A stretch of 49,455 nucleotides of DNA from Candidatus Micrarchaeota archaeon (GCA_021817505.1 JAKAUU010000015.1:1-49455); one strand, 5' to 3'; positions 37,695 to 47,347 are shown, counted from the first letter of the stretch. Made by a program: numbers and translations. Notes: generated by a model from the letters alone, not told the origin.

Positions 37695-39686
37695 ATGCTT
37701 AAACAGAATCTGATTACCATGACGGATGAAGGCAAAAAGATCATAGGATTAAATCCGGATTATATTGACAGGAGCGCAGACCCTAGGAAGGACATGTACA
37801 GATTTGCAAACGGCAGATGGATGGATACTGCCGAGATACCCAAGGACATGACCTCTATAAACGCTTTCGTGGAGCTCGATGAGCTCAATAAGGACAGGCT
37901 GCGAAGGATAGCCGAAGAGTGCGCTGCTGAGAAAGATGGAAGAAACAGGCATGAGAAGCTCGTTGGCGATTTCTACTTATCCGCGACAAATACGGATAAG
38001 CTCGAGGAGCTAAGGTTCAAGCCGATTGAAGATGATTGGAAGCTTGTTGAGGGCATAGATTCAAGGGAGAATCTTGCCCACGCCATATCAGAGCTGCATA
38101 TGAGGGGGGTTGGAGGCTTCTTCTATGTTTTGGCCTCTCCGGACAACAAGAATTCCTCAGTATATGCGCTTTACCTTCAGCAGAGCGGTCTCTCGCTTCC
38201 TGACAGGGAGTATTACCTTAATGGGAAGATGGCAGAGATACGCGACTACTACCTTCAGCATATGGAGAGGATGTTCGGCATGTATGGGATAGCTGCCGAT
38301 AAGGCAGAGGGCATGGCAAAGGCTGTCCTCGAGATAGAGACCGTTATAGCAAAGGCAAGCTGGCCCAATGAGCAGCTCATGGATGACATCAAGAACTACA
38401 ATCCCATGGATATAGAGGCGCTTTGCAAGAGGTACGGCAGCTTATACTTTGCAGATTATCTTAAGAGGTTTGAGGCGCAGCAGGTGCCTTATGTCATTGT
38501 GGGACAGCCTGACTTTTTTGATGAGATAAGCAGGATAGTAGCTGAAGAGGACATCGGAAAGCTTAAGGCATATCTCTCATGGAAGGTGATCAACGGATAT
38601 GCATCTTTGCTGCATAAAGAGGCTGATGATGAGCACTTTGACATGTTTGGAAGAAAGCTATCCGGGCAGAAGGAGCAGAAGCAGAGGTGGAAGCGTGCGG
38701 TTGGTGCAATCAATTCGTGCATCGGCGATTCAATAGGCAGGATATATGTGGAGAGATACTTCGATGCAGAATCGAAGGCCTTGATTGAGCAGATGGTTGC
38801 CGACCTGATAAACGTATTCAGGAAGAGAATACTGGCCCTTGAGTGGATGGGCGAAGAGACAAAAAGAAAAGCGGTTGAGAAGCTTGACAGAATGGTAGTA
38901 ATGGTAGGCTATCCGAAAAAGTTCAGGGAGTATGATGGTCTTGTTACGGATCCTGATGATTATGCAGGCAATGTCAAGCGTGCATACAGGGCAGAGCTTT
39001 TGAGGGATATGCATAGATTGGGGAAGCCTGTGGACAAAGACGAATGGTTCATGAACCCGCAGGATGTCAATGCATATAATTCCCCGCCTGACAACAGGAT
39101 AGTCTTTCCTGCAGGCATACTGCAGGCTCCTTTCTTCGATAAGGGCGTGGACCATGCGGTCAATTATGGCAGTATCGGCTCCACGATAGGGCATGAGATG
39201 ACCCATGGGTTCGACAGTACGGGCAGAACGCATGATGCAGATGGAAACCTGAGGGATTGGTGGACTGCTGAAGATGAGAAGAAATTCAATGAGCTTGCAG
39301 AAGAGGTCGTAAAGGAGTTCTCGTCTATTGAGATACTTCCCGGCATGAAGATAAACGGCAGGCTGACGCTCGGGGAGAACCTGGCAGACATGGGTGGTCT
39401 GAATATAGCTTATGATGCATTGATGGAAAGGCTTGCCTCTGGGGTTTCTGACAGGCATAAGATAGATGGTTTTACGGTAGAGCAGCGCTTCTTCATAGCA
39501 TATGCGCAGTCGTGGAAGAACAAGATAAGCGATGAATCTGCCATGAGGAGATTGCTGACAGACCCGCACTCGCCAGAGCGCATTAGGGCAATGGTACCAT
39601 CTGTTAACAACCCTGCTTTTGACATAGCATTCCCTCCTGATGCTTCTGCAGCTAAGGAAAAGAGGAAGCTGATAGGAGTATGGTAA
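37695..39686 (+). CDS. pepO: M13 (neprilysin/PepO) metallopeptidase
   Basis: VNAYN, FPAGILQ, GHEMTHGFD, GENLAD, DPHSP. Confidence 0.95.
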   Translation: MLKQNLITMTDEGKKIIGLNPDYIDRSADPRKDMYRFANGRWMDTAEIPKDMTSINAFVELDELNKDRLRRIAEECAAEKDGRNRHEKLVGDFYLSATNTDKLEELRFKPIEDDWKLVEGIDSRENLAHAISELHMRGVGGFFYVLASPDNKNSSVYALYLQQSGLSLPDREYYLNGKMAEIRDYYLQHMERMFGMYGIAADKAEGMAKAVLEIETVIAKASWPNEQLMDDIKNYNPMDIEALCKRYGSLYFADYLKRFEAQQVPYVIVGQPDFFDEISRIVAEEDIGKLKAYLSWKVINGYASLLHKEADDEHFDMFGRKLSGQKEQKQRWKRAVGAINSCIGDSIGRIYVERYFDAESKALIEQMVADLINVFRKRILALEWMGEETKRKAVEKLDRMVVMVGYPKKFREYDGLVTDPDDYAGNVKRAYRAELLRDMHRLGKPVDKDEWFMNPQDVNAYNSPPDNRIVFPAGILQAPFFDKGVDHAVNYGSIGSTIGHEMTHGFDSTGRTHDADGNLRDWWTAEDEKKFNELAEEVVKEFSSIEILPGMKINGRLTLGENLADMGGLNIAYDALMERLASGVSDRHKIDGFTVEQRFFIAYAQSWKNKISDESAMRRLLTDPHSPERIRAMVPSVNNPAFDIAFPPDASAAKEKRKLIGVW

Positions 39687-39740
39687 TCGTAAAACCTGCA
39701 ACCATTATTAATTTTGGCTGCGGAATATGCTTGTGATAAT

Positions 39741-40001
39741 ATGGGAAAGAGAATAGTGGTGCATGAAAGGGATCATCCTTATGCAGTTAAGCTCAGCGAC
39801 CTTCCTGGCTTCAAGAACCTGACGGCCGATGAGAAGGTATTGAACTATGAAGTGCACATATGCGCATGCGGATTGTCTAACAACAAGCCTTTCTGCGACG
39901 GAAGCCATGCGAAGACCAAGGGAGAGGAAGCGGAGCACGTTTACACCTACAACAAGGAGCATGCAAGATCCGAGGTATACGAAGGGTATAAGGAGGAGTG
40001 A
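39741..40001 (+). CDS. CDGSH iron-sulfur domain protein
   Basis: ICACGLSNNKPFCDGSH. Confidence 0.93.
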   Translation: MGKRIVVHERDHPYAVKLSDLPGFKNLTADEKVLNYEVHICACGLSNNKPFCDGSHAKTKGEEAEHVYTYNKEHARSEVYEGYKEE

Positions 40002-40003
40002 AA

Positions 40004-40075
40004 AGCCACCGGCGAGAATTGGACTCGCGACCTTCTGCTTACCATGCAGACGCTCTACCACTGAGCTACGGAGGC
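40004..40075 (-). tRNA. tRNA-Thr(GGT)
   Basis: GCCTCCGTAGCTCAGTGGTAGAGCG-TCTGC-ATGGTAA-GCAGA...GCGAG-TCCAATT-CTCGC-CGGTGGC-T. Confidence 0.92.
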
Positions 40076-40182
40076 GCAACGTAAGCGTAACGTAAAGATA
40101 AGTATATATACTTACTATTGATAATTAGTAGTGGAAGCTTATTTAAAAAAATCGGTCAGAAACGGCTTCAAACTGTGATCTT

Positions 40183-40848
40183 ATGGTATTACTAGAAATA
40201 GGCATAGCATTGGTTGTCATAGTGTTCCTTGCAATAATAGGCATGATGTACAACGGGCTTGTCGTGAAGAGGAACAGGGTACAGGACGCGTGGGCGCAGA
40301 TAGACGTGCAGCTAAAGAGAAGGTATGACCTGATACCTAACCTGATAGACACTGTCAAGGGCTATGCGAAGTACGAGCGCAGCGTGCTCACCGATGTCAC
40401 AAGGCTAAGAACATCCCTTGTAGCAGGCTCTATCCAGGACAAAGCTGCTGCAAACAACCAGCTCACACAGGCTCTCAAATCCATATTCGCAGTTGCAGAG
40501 AACTATCCCGACCTTAAGGCGTCGGCGAACTTCCAGCAGCTGCAGCAGGAGCTCGCAGCCACAGAGGACAGGATAGCCTTTGTTCGAACCTCTTACAACG
40601 ATTATGTACTTGATTACAACAATGCTACGCAGACCGTGCCTAGTGTCTGGATAGCATCCGCATTCAACTTCAAGAAAGCTGACTTCTTCCAGGCACCTGA
40701 TGAGGAAAAGAAGGTTGTCAAGGTCGATTTCAGCGATCTTTCAGGATCGCAGCAGGCACAGCAGCCTGCGCCTGATCCACAGGCGGCTGCTAAACCTGCA
40801 GCAAAGCAGCCTTCCAAAAAGGCGGATAATAGTCAGGATAGCAAATAG
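40183..40848 (+). CDS. lemA: LemA family protein
   Basis: YNGLV..AWAQIDVQLKRRYDLIPNL, AVAENYPDLKA. Confidence 0.95.
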   Translation: MVLLEIGIALVVIVFLAIIGMMYNGLVVKRNRVQDAWAQIDVQLKRRYDLIPNLIDTVKGYAKYERSVLTDVTRLRTSLVAGSIQDKAAANNQLTQALKSIFAVAENYPDLKASANFQQLQQELAATEDRIAFVRTSYNDYVLDYNNATQTVPSVWIASAFNFKKADFFQAPDEEKKVVKVDFSDLSGSQQAQQPAPDPQAAAKPAAKQPSKKADNSQDSK

Positions 40849-40864
40849 ACATAGATGATCGGTT

Positions 40865-41776
40865 ATGGCAAGCTTCTTCGATGAGATAGCGAGAAACAGG
40901 CTTAAGTCACTGCTGCTCATGGTGCTCTTTTCCCTCCTCTTCTTCGCGATAATATATGCAGTGGTATGGCTCTTCGGAGGAGGTCTCTTCGGCCTGATGG
41001 TCGGAGGGGCGATAGTGGTCGGATATGCCTTCTTCTCATACTTCTATGGGGCAAGCATGGTCCTGAAGATGTCGCGTGCCAAGCCTGCCAGCCAGAATGA
41101 TTATCCTGTGCTTTACGAGGTAGTGGGAGGTCTTGCTGCCGCAGGCCAGATAAAGATGCCGAAGATATATGTCATAGACACAAAGGACCCTAATGCGTTC
41201 GCAACTGGCAGGAACAAGAACAACGCTTCCGTAGCAGTAACCACGGGGCTTCTTGGAATGATGAACAAGGATGAGCTTGAGGGCGTTCTTGCTCATGAGA
41301 TATCCCATATATACAACAACGACATACAGTTCATGATGCTCACAGTTGTCTTTGGCGGAGTGATAGGGCTGATAGCAGCATTCTTCAGGTACTCGTTCTT
41401 CTTCGGGGGCTTCGGAGGCAACAACAGGAACGGAGGACTGCTGATATTGGTGGAGCTTGCACTCGCGATAATAGCACCGATAATAGCGACTTTGCTGAGG
41501 CTGGCGATATCAAGAAAGAGGGAGTATATGGCAGACGCAAACGGAGCCAGAATGACAAGGGATCCTGGGTCGCTTGCAAGCGCACTCGGCAAGATAAGGG
41601 ACTTTACCCAGAACCCGCAGAAGGTTGCGGCTGCGCAGCAGGGAAGCAGTTATGCGAACCCTGTGACAACATATCTCTACTTCTCGAATCCGATAAGCAT
41701 GAAATCCATAGGGAATCTGCTCTCCACGCATCCTCCTATAGAGGAGAGGATAAAAAGACTGCAGAACATGCACTGA
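40865..41776 (+). CDS. htpX: HtpX zinc metalloprotease (M48)
   Basis: PNAFATG, HEISH, SRKREYMAD, STHPPIEERI. Confidence 0.95.
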   Translation: MASFFDEIARNRLKSLLLMVLFSLLFFAIIYAVVWLFGGGLFGLMVGGAIVVGYAFFSYFYGASMVLKMSRAKPASQNDYPVLYEVVGGLAAAGQIKMPKIYVIDTKDPNAFATGRNKNNASVAVTTGLLGMMNKDELEGVLAHEISHIYNNDIQFMMLTVVFGGVIGLIAAFFRYSFFFGGFGGNNRNGGLLILVELALAIIAPIIATLLRLAISRKREYMADANGARMTRDPGSLASALGKIRDFTQNPQKVAAAQQGSSYANPVTTYLYFSNPISMKSIGNLLSTHPPIEERIKRLQNMH

Positions 41777-41786
41777 CCGTGTCTAT

Positions 41787-42131
41787 TTAACGGGATATGA
41801 GCCAGTTAAGGAAACCGTGGCCGGCCCGCTCTTCGTAATAGGCATCTGCCGAACGCATCATTGTCTTGAGATCCTCTACTGATTTTGCGCTGATCCCGTT
41901 TACCCTTACTTCATCCTTTGTTATACATATATCTGTAATCCTGCTGGGATCTTCCCTGCTACAGAGCAGGTGCGACTCCCCTCTGTCAGTCGCAAGCCCG
42001 TATCTCTCCCTTGAGCTGCGGTTCAAAGATATCAGCTCGTTTATCGAACTTATGTGCTTCCCGTCTATCGCAACCCTGTTTCCCGAGATTACTACATCTC
42101 TTCCGAACTTTGCTCCTTCCACAAGTGCCAT
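41787..42131 (-). CDS. Hypothetical protein
   Basis: 114 aa ORF with a weak internal repeat (ISGNRVAIDG / ITKDEVRVNG). Confidence 0.55.
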   Translation of the reverse strand: MALVEGAKFGRDVVISGNRVAIDGKHISSINELISLNRSSRERYGLATDRGESHLLCSREDPSRITDICITKDEVRVNGISAKSVEDLKTMMRSADAYYEERAGHGFLNWLISR

Positions 42132-42201
42132 CTTATCACGCTTGCCAGTAGAATCCCGTGATATAAATAGCTTTGCAGGACAGGCGCTGCTTTGGATAAT
42201 G

Positions 42202-42305
42202 TGCAGGGGGTGAGATTCGAACTCACGAAGGCGCTAGGCCACAGGATCTTAAGTCCTGCGCGTTTTTCTGTGGCTCTTTGCCAAACCAGACTCTGCAACC
42301 CCTGC
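42202..42305 (-). tRNA. tRNA-Leu(TAA) with a 20-nt intron at position 20/21 (42265-42284)
   Basis: CAGGA-CTTAAGA-TCCTG anticodon arm; D-loop insert forms a BHB: TCTG-GTT-TGGC/GCCA-CAGA-AAA. Confidence 0.9.
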
Positions 42306-42318
42306 AGGTTAAGTGCAA

Positions 42319-43053
42319 TCATGCGTACATTGAAGGGCCGCTGGTGCTCTCCGCAGTGCTATTGTACTGTTCATGCGTGTCCTTTACGTTCTTGAGCATG
42401 TCGCGTATCTTCGCCTCTACGAGCTTTGCTTCCTTGTCCAGCTCATCCAGGTCTATATCCAGGTTCATGAGCTTCTGCAGGCCCTGTATTGCAAGTTCGG
42501 CATACTTCGGATCTGTGATTGCAGGATCGACCTCTACGAGGACATTGGCAGCCTTTATGCCGTACTGCTCCGCATTCACAAGTATTATCGCATTGACTCC
42601 GGCAACCGCGCCTTCGTTTATCGGTTTCATGCCGCTTGATACGGCCTTCTTGAGCATATCCTGTGGACCGATCAGGTAGAGGTTGTCCTTTGGCTTCTTT
42701 ATCGCCATGCCGCTTATCGAGAATATCTGCTTTATCTTGTTCCTCTTGCAGAACGAGATTATCTCCATTGCAACGTCGCTTACCGCATCTACAGGTATGA
42801 CGAATTCCGACATGATTATTACTATCTTGAATTTGTCCGATTTGTAAAGTCTTGCAGGGGACATCGGAACTGCATTGTGTATAGCTGCTATTGGAGGGAA
42901 CCTCTGGCTTGCTATATAGCCTATGTATTCGGGCTTAAGCTTGTCTATCATGTAGCTCGCAGCCATCGGACCGACGAGACCCGCGCTTGGGAAGCCCTCT
43001 ATTACAGTATATCCTGATAGATCATAATCCTTGAACAGCTTTATCTCAACCAT
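42319..43053 (-). CDS. PAC2 proteasome assembly chaperone family protein
   Basis: IEGFPSAGLVG, FPPIA, DPKYA, C-terminal HbYX motif (MYA). Confidence 0.9.
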   Translation of the reverse strand: MVEIKLFKDYDLSGYTVIEGFPSAGLVGPMAASYMIDKLKPEYIGYIASQRFPPIAAIHNAVPMSPARLYKSDKFKIVIIMSEFVIPVDAVSDVAMEIISFCKRNKIKQIFSISGMAIKKPKDNLYLIGPQDMLKKAVSSGMKPINEGAVAGVNAIILVNAEQYGIKAANVLVEVDPAITDPKYAELAIQGLQKLMNLDIDLDELDKEAKLVEAKIRDMLKNVKDTHEQYNSTAESTSGPSMYA

Positions 43054-43196
43054 AGCATCAGTAGACTCTGTGCAAGAATATTTAAATAGGCTTTGCAGAT
43101 TTTCCATCTATCCTCGGTTTTACCTCGTGTATAAAACTGTCGTCTTTACCTGTGATATATATAAAAAGCCTTCGACGGATATATTATCGTGGTAAA

Positions 43197-43439
43197 ATGG
43201 CTGAAAGAGTAGGATCAGAAAAGATCCGAAGGGAAGACGGCTATCTATATTTCCTCGGAAAGGATGGCGCAGTCTGGAAGACCCCTATGAAGAATAATCC
43301 GCGAGGTAGAAAGGCCCGAGTGAGCGAAGAGAAGGTAAAGAGACAGGAAGGCTATCTCTACTTTATAGACAAGAGCGGATACGTAGCAAGGACAAAGATG
43401 AACAGAAGGGGAAGAGTTGCAAGAAAGAAAAGGAGATAA
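43197..43439 (+). CDS. Small basic protein with a duplicated GYLYF motif
   Basis: EKIRREDGYLYFLGKDG.V / EKVKRQEGYLYFIDKSGYV; Arg/Lys-rich tail; own TATA box and T-rich terminator. Confidence 0.8.
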   Translation: MAERVGSEKIRREDGYLYFLGKDGAVWKTPMKNNPRGRKARVSEEKVKRQEGYLYFIDKSGYVARTKMNRRGRVARKKRR

Positions 43440-43450
43440 CTCTTCAGAAT

Positions 43451-43502
43451 TGTTTTCTTTTCTTTTCTTTTTTTCTAATTCTTTTTATTTTACCTGTTTT
43501 TT
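43451..43502 (+). terminator. Oligo-T terminator
   Basis: Long T-rich tract directly after the stop at 43439. Confidence 0.6.
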
Positions 43503-43562
43503 GGCATACAGCATATGTTTTAATATCTGCATGCAGATGCTTTCTCATTAGAAGTGCATAAC

Positions 43563-44093
43563 ATGGAGATTAGGACCTTGATAATAATTGCAATAATAGT
43601 TGTCCTGCTCATAGTCGCCTACATATTTATTGTTTCACATAGGAGTACTGCCCAGTCGACTACCTCCACCTCAGGGCCTATAAACGGAACGACGAGTATG
43701 ACCGTGCCCCCTTATATCACTACTTATAACTCGGTCTCAAACAGCAAAAACATAACTAATTTGACAGGATTGAATGTGAAGACCATTTACACAGGGCCTG
43801 CCGAATCTGGCGGATTGTCGTGCAACGGGATAAGCAAGGCTTACTTTATAGACACTGTGGGCAAATTCCACGCAGACTCGAATTTCAGCTTTTACTTTGA
43901 GATAAGCTCGCCAAGCTGCAACTTTACCATAACGAGCATAAATATTGACAATCCGGGGTTCAGGATTGTCAGCGAGCAGCCGCCTGTGCCTTACTACATG
44001 CCGAGCTTCTCCAATATAGAAGAGGTTGTAACCCTGACTTCGCCTGTTGGCAATTTTACAGGGCCAGTCTCAGTAACGATTAATGCGAAGTAA
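43563..44093 (+). CDS. Hypothetical membrane-anchored secreted protein (Ig-like)
   Basis: N-terminal TM, Ser/Thr linker, beta-rich domain, N-glycosylation sequons. Confidence 0.7.
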   Translation: MEIRTLIIIAIIVVLLIVAYIFIVSHRSTAQSTTSTSGPINGTTSMTVPPYITTYNSVSNSKNITNLTGLNVKTIYTGPAESGGLSCNGISKAYFIDTVGKFHADSNFSFYFEISSPSCNFTITSINIDNPGFRIVSEQPPVPYYMPSFSNIEEVVTLTSPVGNFTGPVSVTINAK

Positions 44094-44139
44094 AGCATGG
44101 TCTGATTCTTTGCTCTCGGATATTGGCAAAGGCAGGCGT

Positions 44140-44880
44140 TCATCCCATAAGCGCATATGCTTTTTTAATGCTCTCCTTTGCCTCATGCATATTTGAGATC
44201 CTTCCTTTTATCTGGTCTGCGGACATCCTCTTCGAACATATCATTATGCTGTTACCAGACGCCAATTGGGTCTTCAATGAAAAGGTCTTGTAGTTCTTGG
44301 CAAGGCTGCCCATGTCAACCGTATGCTCTATCGAATTAATCGCGATGATGCCATCGCTTGAGAGCAGCTTGTATGAATCCGTGAAAAAATCCTGGCTCGT
44401 GAAGGCCTTGGGGATCTTGCTCCCTTCGAATGCGTCTAGTATTATGAGGTCGTACCTTGAATCGCTCTCTTTGACAAACTTTGCCCCGTCTCCCACTATT
44501 ACCCTTGCTCCCCCTATGTCAAAATGCTCCTTCGCAAGTTCGGCTATATCGCCGTCTATCTCTACTACATCGAGCTCCAGGTTTGAATATAAGGCGCTGA
44601 GCTGCCGTGCTATCGTCCCTCCTCCCAAGCCTATCATAAGCACTCTCGGCCTTTCATAAAGACCCGGAAGGATTGCGAAAAGGTCCCAGTAATTGTTTGT
44701 ATAGTAGTCGTCCTTGTTTGCTATCGAGTATATGGTTCCTATCCCATGGCACATCATGGTGGTGTTGTTCCTCCTCAAAACGAAGATGCTTCCGCGCTGG
44801 TCGACGACCTTCCAGCCGTTTAGAACATATGCGAATCGGGTCAGCGCGTTTGTTATGCTTACCATGAAAAGCAGCTCCAT
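44140..44880 (-). CDS. Spermidine synthase-like SAM-dependent transferase
   Basis: VLMIGLGGGT, VEID, GDG, YDLIILDAF. Confidence 0.85.
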   Translation of the reverse strand: MELLFMVSITNALTRFAYVLNGWKVVDQRGSIFVLRRNNTTMMCHGIGTIYSIANKDDYYTNNYWDLFAILPGLYERPRVLMIGLGGGTIARQLSALYSNLELDVVEIDGDIAELAKEHFDIGGARVIVGDGAKFVKESDSRYDLIILDAFEGSKIPKAFTSQDFFTDSYKLLSSDGIIAINSIEHTVDMGSLAKNYKTFSLKTQLASGNSIMICSKRMSADQIKGRISNMHEAKESIKKAYALMG

Positions 44881-44972
44881 TCTAGCTCTTTGAACAGAAC
44901 TAATAAATATTTGATTGTTATAAGAACTTATTGTGGAAGGCAGCGAATTGATGATGGTTAGATGGTGGGAGA

Positions 44973-45434
44973 ATGGGAAGAGATGGCCAGGGAAACGTAG
45001 TGAGGATCTACGGCAGGAAGCTGTATGACGAACGTGTAACGGTAGGCAACACTGGGGAGGAGAGAGCGAGCACCTATCTCTACATAGCACGTGGATGGGA
45101 GGACCAGCTCAAGGACCCTTTGAAGATTACTCAGAACAGTGCCAATTCTGCAGAGTTCAACAGCGGTGCGTCAAGCAGATGGGAGAAGGCAGGGGATTAT
45201 GCCGTTGATCCGCATAAGAGGGCAAGCTATTATGAGAGGGCTCTGCGTTTTGCGAAGAGCCTGCCTGAAGAGGAGCGCAGGATAAAGGAGCTGAGGCTGT
45301 CGCTTAAGATGAGGAGGAGCAGTGCACATCTCCATGAAGCCGCTGCCGAGAAGCATGGCGTCGTCATAAATATGGATGCATATAGGAAGAAACATGAAGA
45401 TGGGGATAAGCTCGAAGGCTCGTTGCGTTCATGA
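44973..45434 (+). CDS. Hypothetical helical protein (paralogue of 45479-45916)
   Basis: Shares VVR.Y.RKLY, WEKAGDY and LKMRR with its neighbour. Confidence 0.7.
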   Translation: MGRDGQGNVVRIYGRKLYDERVTVGNTGEERASTYLYIARGWEDQLKDPLKITQNSANSAEFNSGASSRWEKAGDYAVDPHKRASYYERALRFAKSLPEEERRIKELRLSLKMRRSSAHLHEAAAEKHGVVINMDAYRKKHEDGDKLEGSLRS

Positions 45435-45478
45435 GTTGCATTGTTCATTCGGCATTTGCATTATAGAAGGTGATTAAC

Positions 45479-45916
45479 ATGGATGGGGAAAAAGTGGTCC
45501 GCCTTTATAACAGGAAACTATACACAAGCAGGATAGGCATACTTCCAAGGGACAGATCGGATGCATCCGAAGTTTATGAAAGGATGGCCTTGAGCGAAGA
45601 GAAGATGCTCTTGGATCCTGAAAACAGAAGGCATATTGATCCTAAAGCGATAATCGACCTGCTGCGCACCATCTCCGAGGATTGGGAACGTGCAGGCGAT
45701 TATGAACGTGTGAAGGATAGGAAAGGGCACCTTTACGACCATGCGATGAATTCCGCAGAGATACTCGCTGCCAAAGGGGACGATTCGAATGAGAACAGGC
45801 TTCTGCTCAAGATGAGGAGAGATGGCTGCATAAGCGATGTTGGAAGGTATAAGATAAACAGGAGCAACGAGTATGTAACAAAAGAGGCTCTGAAAAAGCT
45901 GCGTGAGAAGAGTTAG
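45479..45916 (+). CDS. Hypothetical helical protein (paralogue of 44973-45434)
   Basis: VVRLYNRKLY, WERAGDY, LKMRR; AGGTGA SD upstream. Confidence 0.7.
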   Translation: MDGEKVVRLYNRKLYTSRIGILPRDRSDASEVYERMALSEEKMLLDPENRRHIDPKAIIDLLRTISEDWERAGDYERVKDRKGHLYDHAMNSAEILAAKGDDSNENRLLLKMRRDGCISDVGRYKINRSNEYVTKEALKKLREKS

Positions 45917-45936
45917 CAGGTATCTAATAGCCATAA

Positions 45937-46024
45937 GCATGGCTGACGCTATGCGTTCTTTCCTAAAATAAAAAATAGGAAAGGAGAAGGAAAGCTTGTT
46001 TGTGTAATGCGTTAGTTGCGGTGC
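45937..46024 (-). repeat. 88-bp direct repeat, copy of the 23S 3' end and trailer
   Basis: Identical to 47348-47435. Confidence 0.95.
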
Positions 46025-46080
46025 AGTGTCTTCGCAATAAGAATTAAGAACTTAAGCACGAATAATTATTAGGTGGAACA

Positions 46081-46317
46081 ATGAAACAACAAGAGATTCA
46101 ATTGGATAACGATAAAGGCATAAATGCCAAACTAGACAATATAACAAAACTGTTGAGTACGATAGCGCTAGAGCTGGAGGAGCTCTCAAATTCAGGGGCG
46201 GAGATAAAGATGAGCAAAAAGGCCAAGGCAGAGATAGAAAAGGGCCTTAGAGAGCTGGAGAGTGGGAAGGGCAGAACATACAAGAACTGGAGCGAATTTG
46301 ATAAAACGTTAGGGTAG
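46081..46317 (+). CDS. Type II antitoxin (RelB-like)
   Basis: 78 aa, C-terminal IEKGLRELESGKGRTY..F motif; directly upstream of a RelE-like toxin. Confidence 0.75.
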   Translation: MKQQEIQLDNDKGINAKLDNITKLLSTIALELEELSNSGAEIKMSKKAKAEIEKGLRELESGKGRTYKNWSEFDKTLG

Positions 46318-46334
46318 TTCCTGTTGGTGATGTT

Positions 46335-46595
46335 TTGTCTTATTCTGTGACGTTTGTGCCGAGAGTCGAAAAGGCATTTGGCAAGGCGAAGAAACGGGAT
46401 ATGGAAACATACAAAGAAATAGCAAGGAAGATAGCGAAGATTCTAGAGGATCCGTATCGCTTTGGCAAGCCTATGCGCAGTGAATATAAGGGATTGTGGG
46501 AAATACATGTTAAGAACAACTTACTTTACTATAGGATAAATGAAAGGTCAAAGTCTGTTGAGATAGTCGCATACCTCGACCATGATACGCTGTGA
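46335..46595 (+). CDS. RelE/ParE/YafQ-family toxin
   Basis: YSVTF..KAF.K..ILEDPY.FGKPMR..YKGLWEIHV..LLYY.I...VEIV...HD. Confidence 0.85.
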   Translation: MSYSVTFVPRVEKAFGKAKKRDMETYKEIARKIAKILEDPYRFGKPMRSEYKGLWEIHVKNNLLYYRINERSKSVEIVAYLDHDTL

Positions 46596-46642
46596 TAATA
46601 TATCAAAGCGGCATAAGGATTTGCCGTGATGTTTTACCGCAG

Positions 46643-47311
46643 TCATTTCCAGAATCGTAAAAGAAAACGCTCTCTTCCTCCAAAATTTTCTATCACTGCA
46701 ATATATCGCCGACTTCCTGCTTTCCCCATAATTCTTCTTATTGTGCTTTTATTGTGGACATACTGAGGCATGGAGCCTATCCCGGCAGTTTTTCCGGTAG
46801 TTATCCGTTTGCCAGACCGCACTGCCTCGTCTCCTACGGATTTGTTTGTGTGAATTTTTGGAACTACCCTCGCATAGCGCATTTCTATAAAAGCAAATCC
46901 GCCTTTCTTTAAAACCCTCAGCATCTCGTTTACCGCCTTCAACTGATCTGCTTCCTTATATAGTTCGCTGAAAGCGTTCCATGTGCATATTATTGCATCA
47001 AAACTGTCTTTCGCATAAGGCAGTCTTCTCATGTCTCCTATTCTAAAATGGATATCCAGGTGCTCTCTTTTGGCAGCTGCCTTTGCATCTTTAACCAGCG
47101 AAGGCGTGATATCCATACCTTCTATCGAATAGCCTTGCCTGGCCAGAGGAATAGTGAATCTGCCATAGCCGCAAGCCAGGTCAAGAATATGCTGCCTTTT
47201 GTTTAACAGCTTTTTTATATATTTCAGCTCTGATGCGGTGTGAAGCGCTGTTTTTCTTTGCTTTAGGCCCTTGGCAGTCAGCTTAGTATAAAACTGCTTG
47301 GATGTCCTCAT
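46643..47311 (-). CDS. Class I SAM-dependent methyltransferase
   Basis: ILDLACGYGR, GMDIT, GDMRRLP, FDAII, RVLKKGG. Confidence 0.9.
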   Translation of the reverse strand: MRTSKQFYTKLTAKGLKQRKTALHTASELKYIKKLLNKRQHILDLACGYGRFTIPLARQGYSIEGMDITPSLVKDAKAAAKREHLDIHFRIGDMRRLPYAKDSFDAIICTWNAFSELYKEADQLKAVNEMLRVLKKGGFAFIEMRYARVVPKIHTNKSVGDEAVRSGKRITTGKTAGIGSMPQYVHNKSTIRRIMGKAGSRRYIAVIENFGGRERFLLRFWK

Positions 47312-47347
47312 AAACTATATATAAGATAGAGCTGTTTTTAAGATTTG

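Noticed and set aside
38730-39701. 323-aa antisense ORF, and similar long antisense ORFs such as 35651-36319
   Set aside because: Overlap well-supported genes on the other strand and have no motifs
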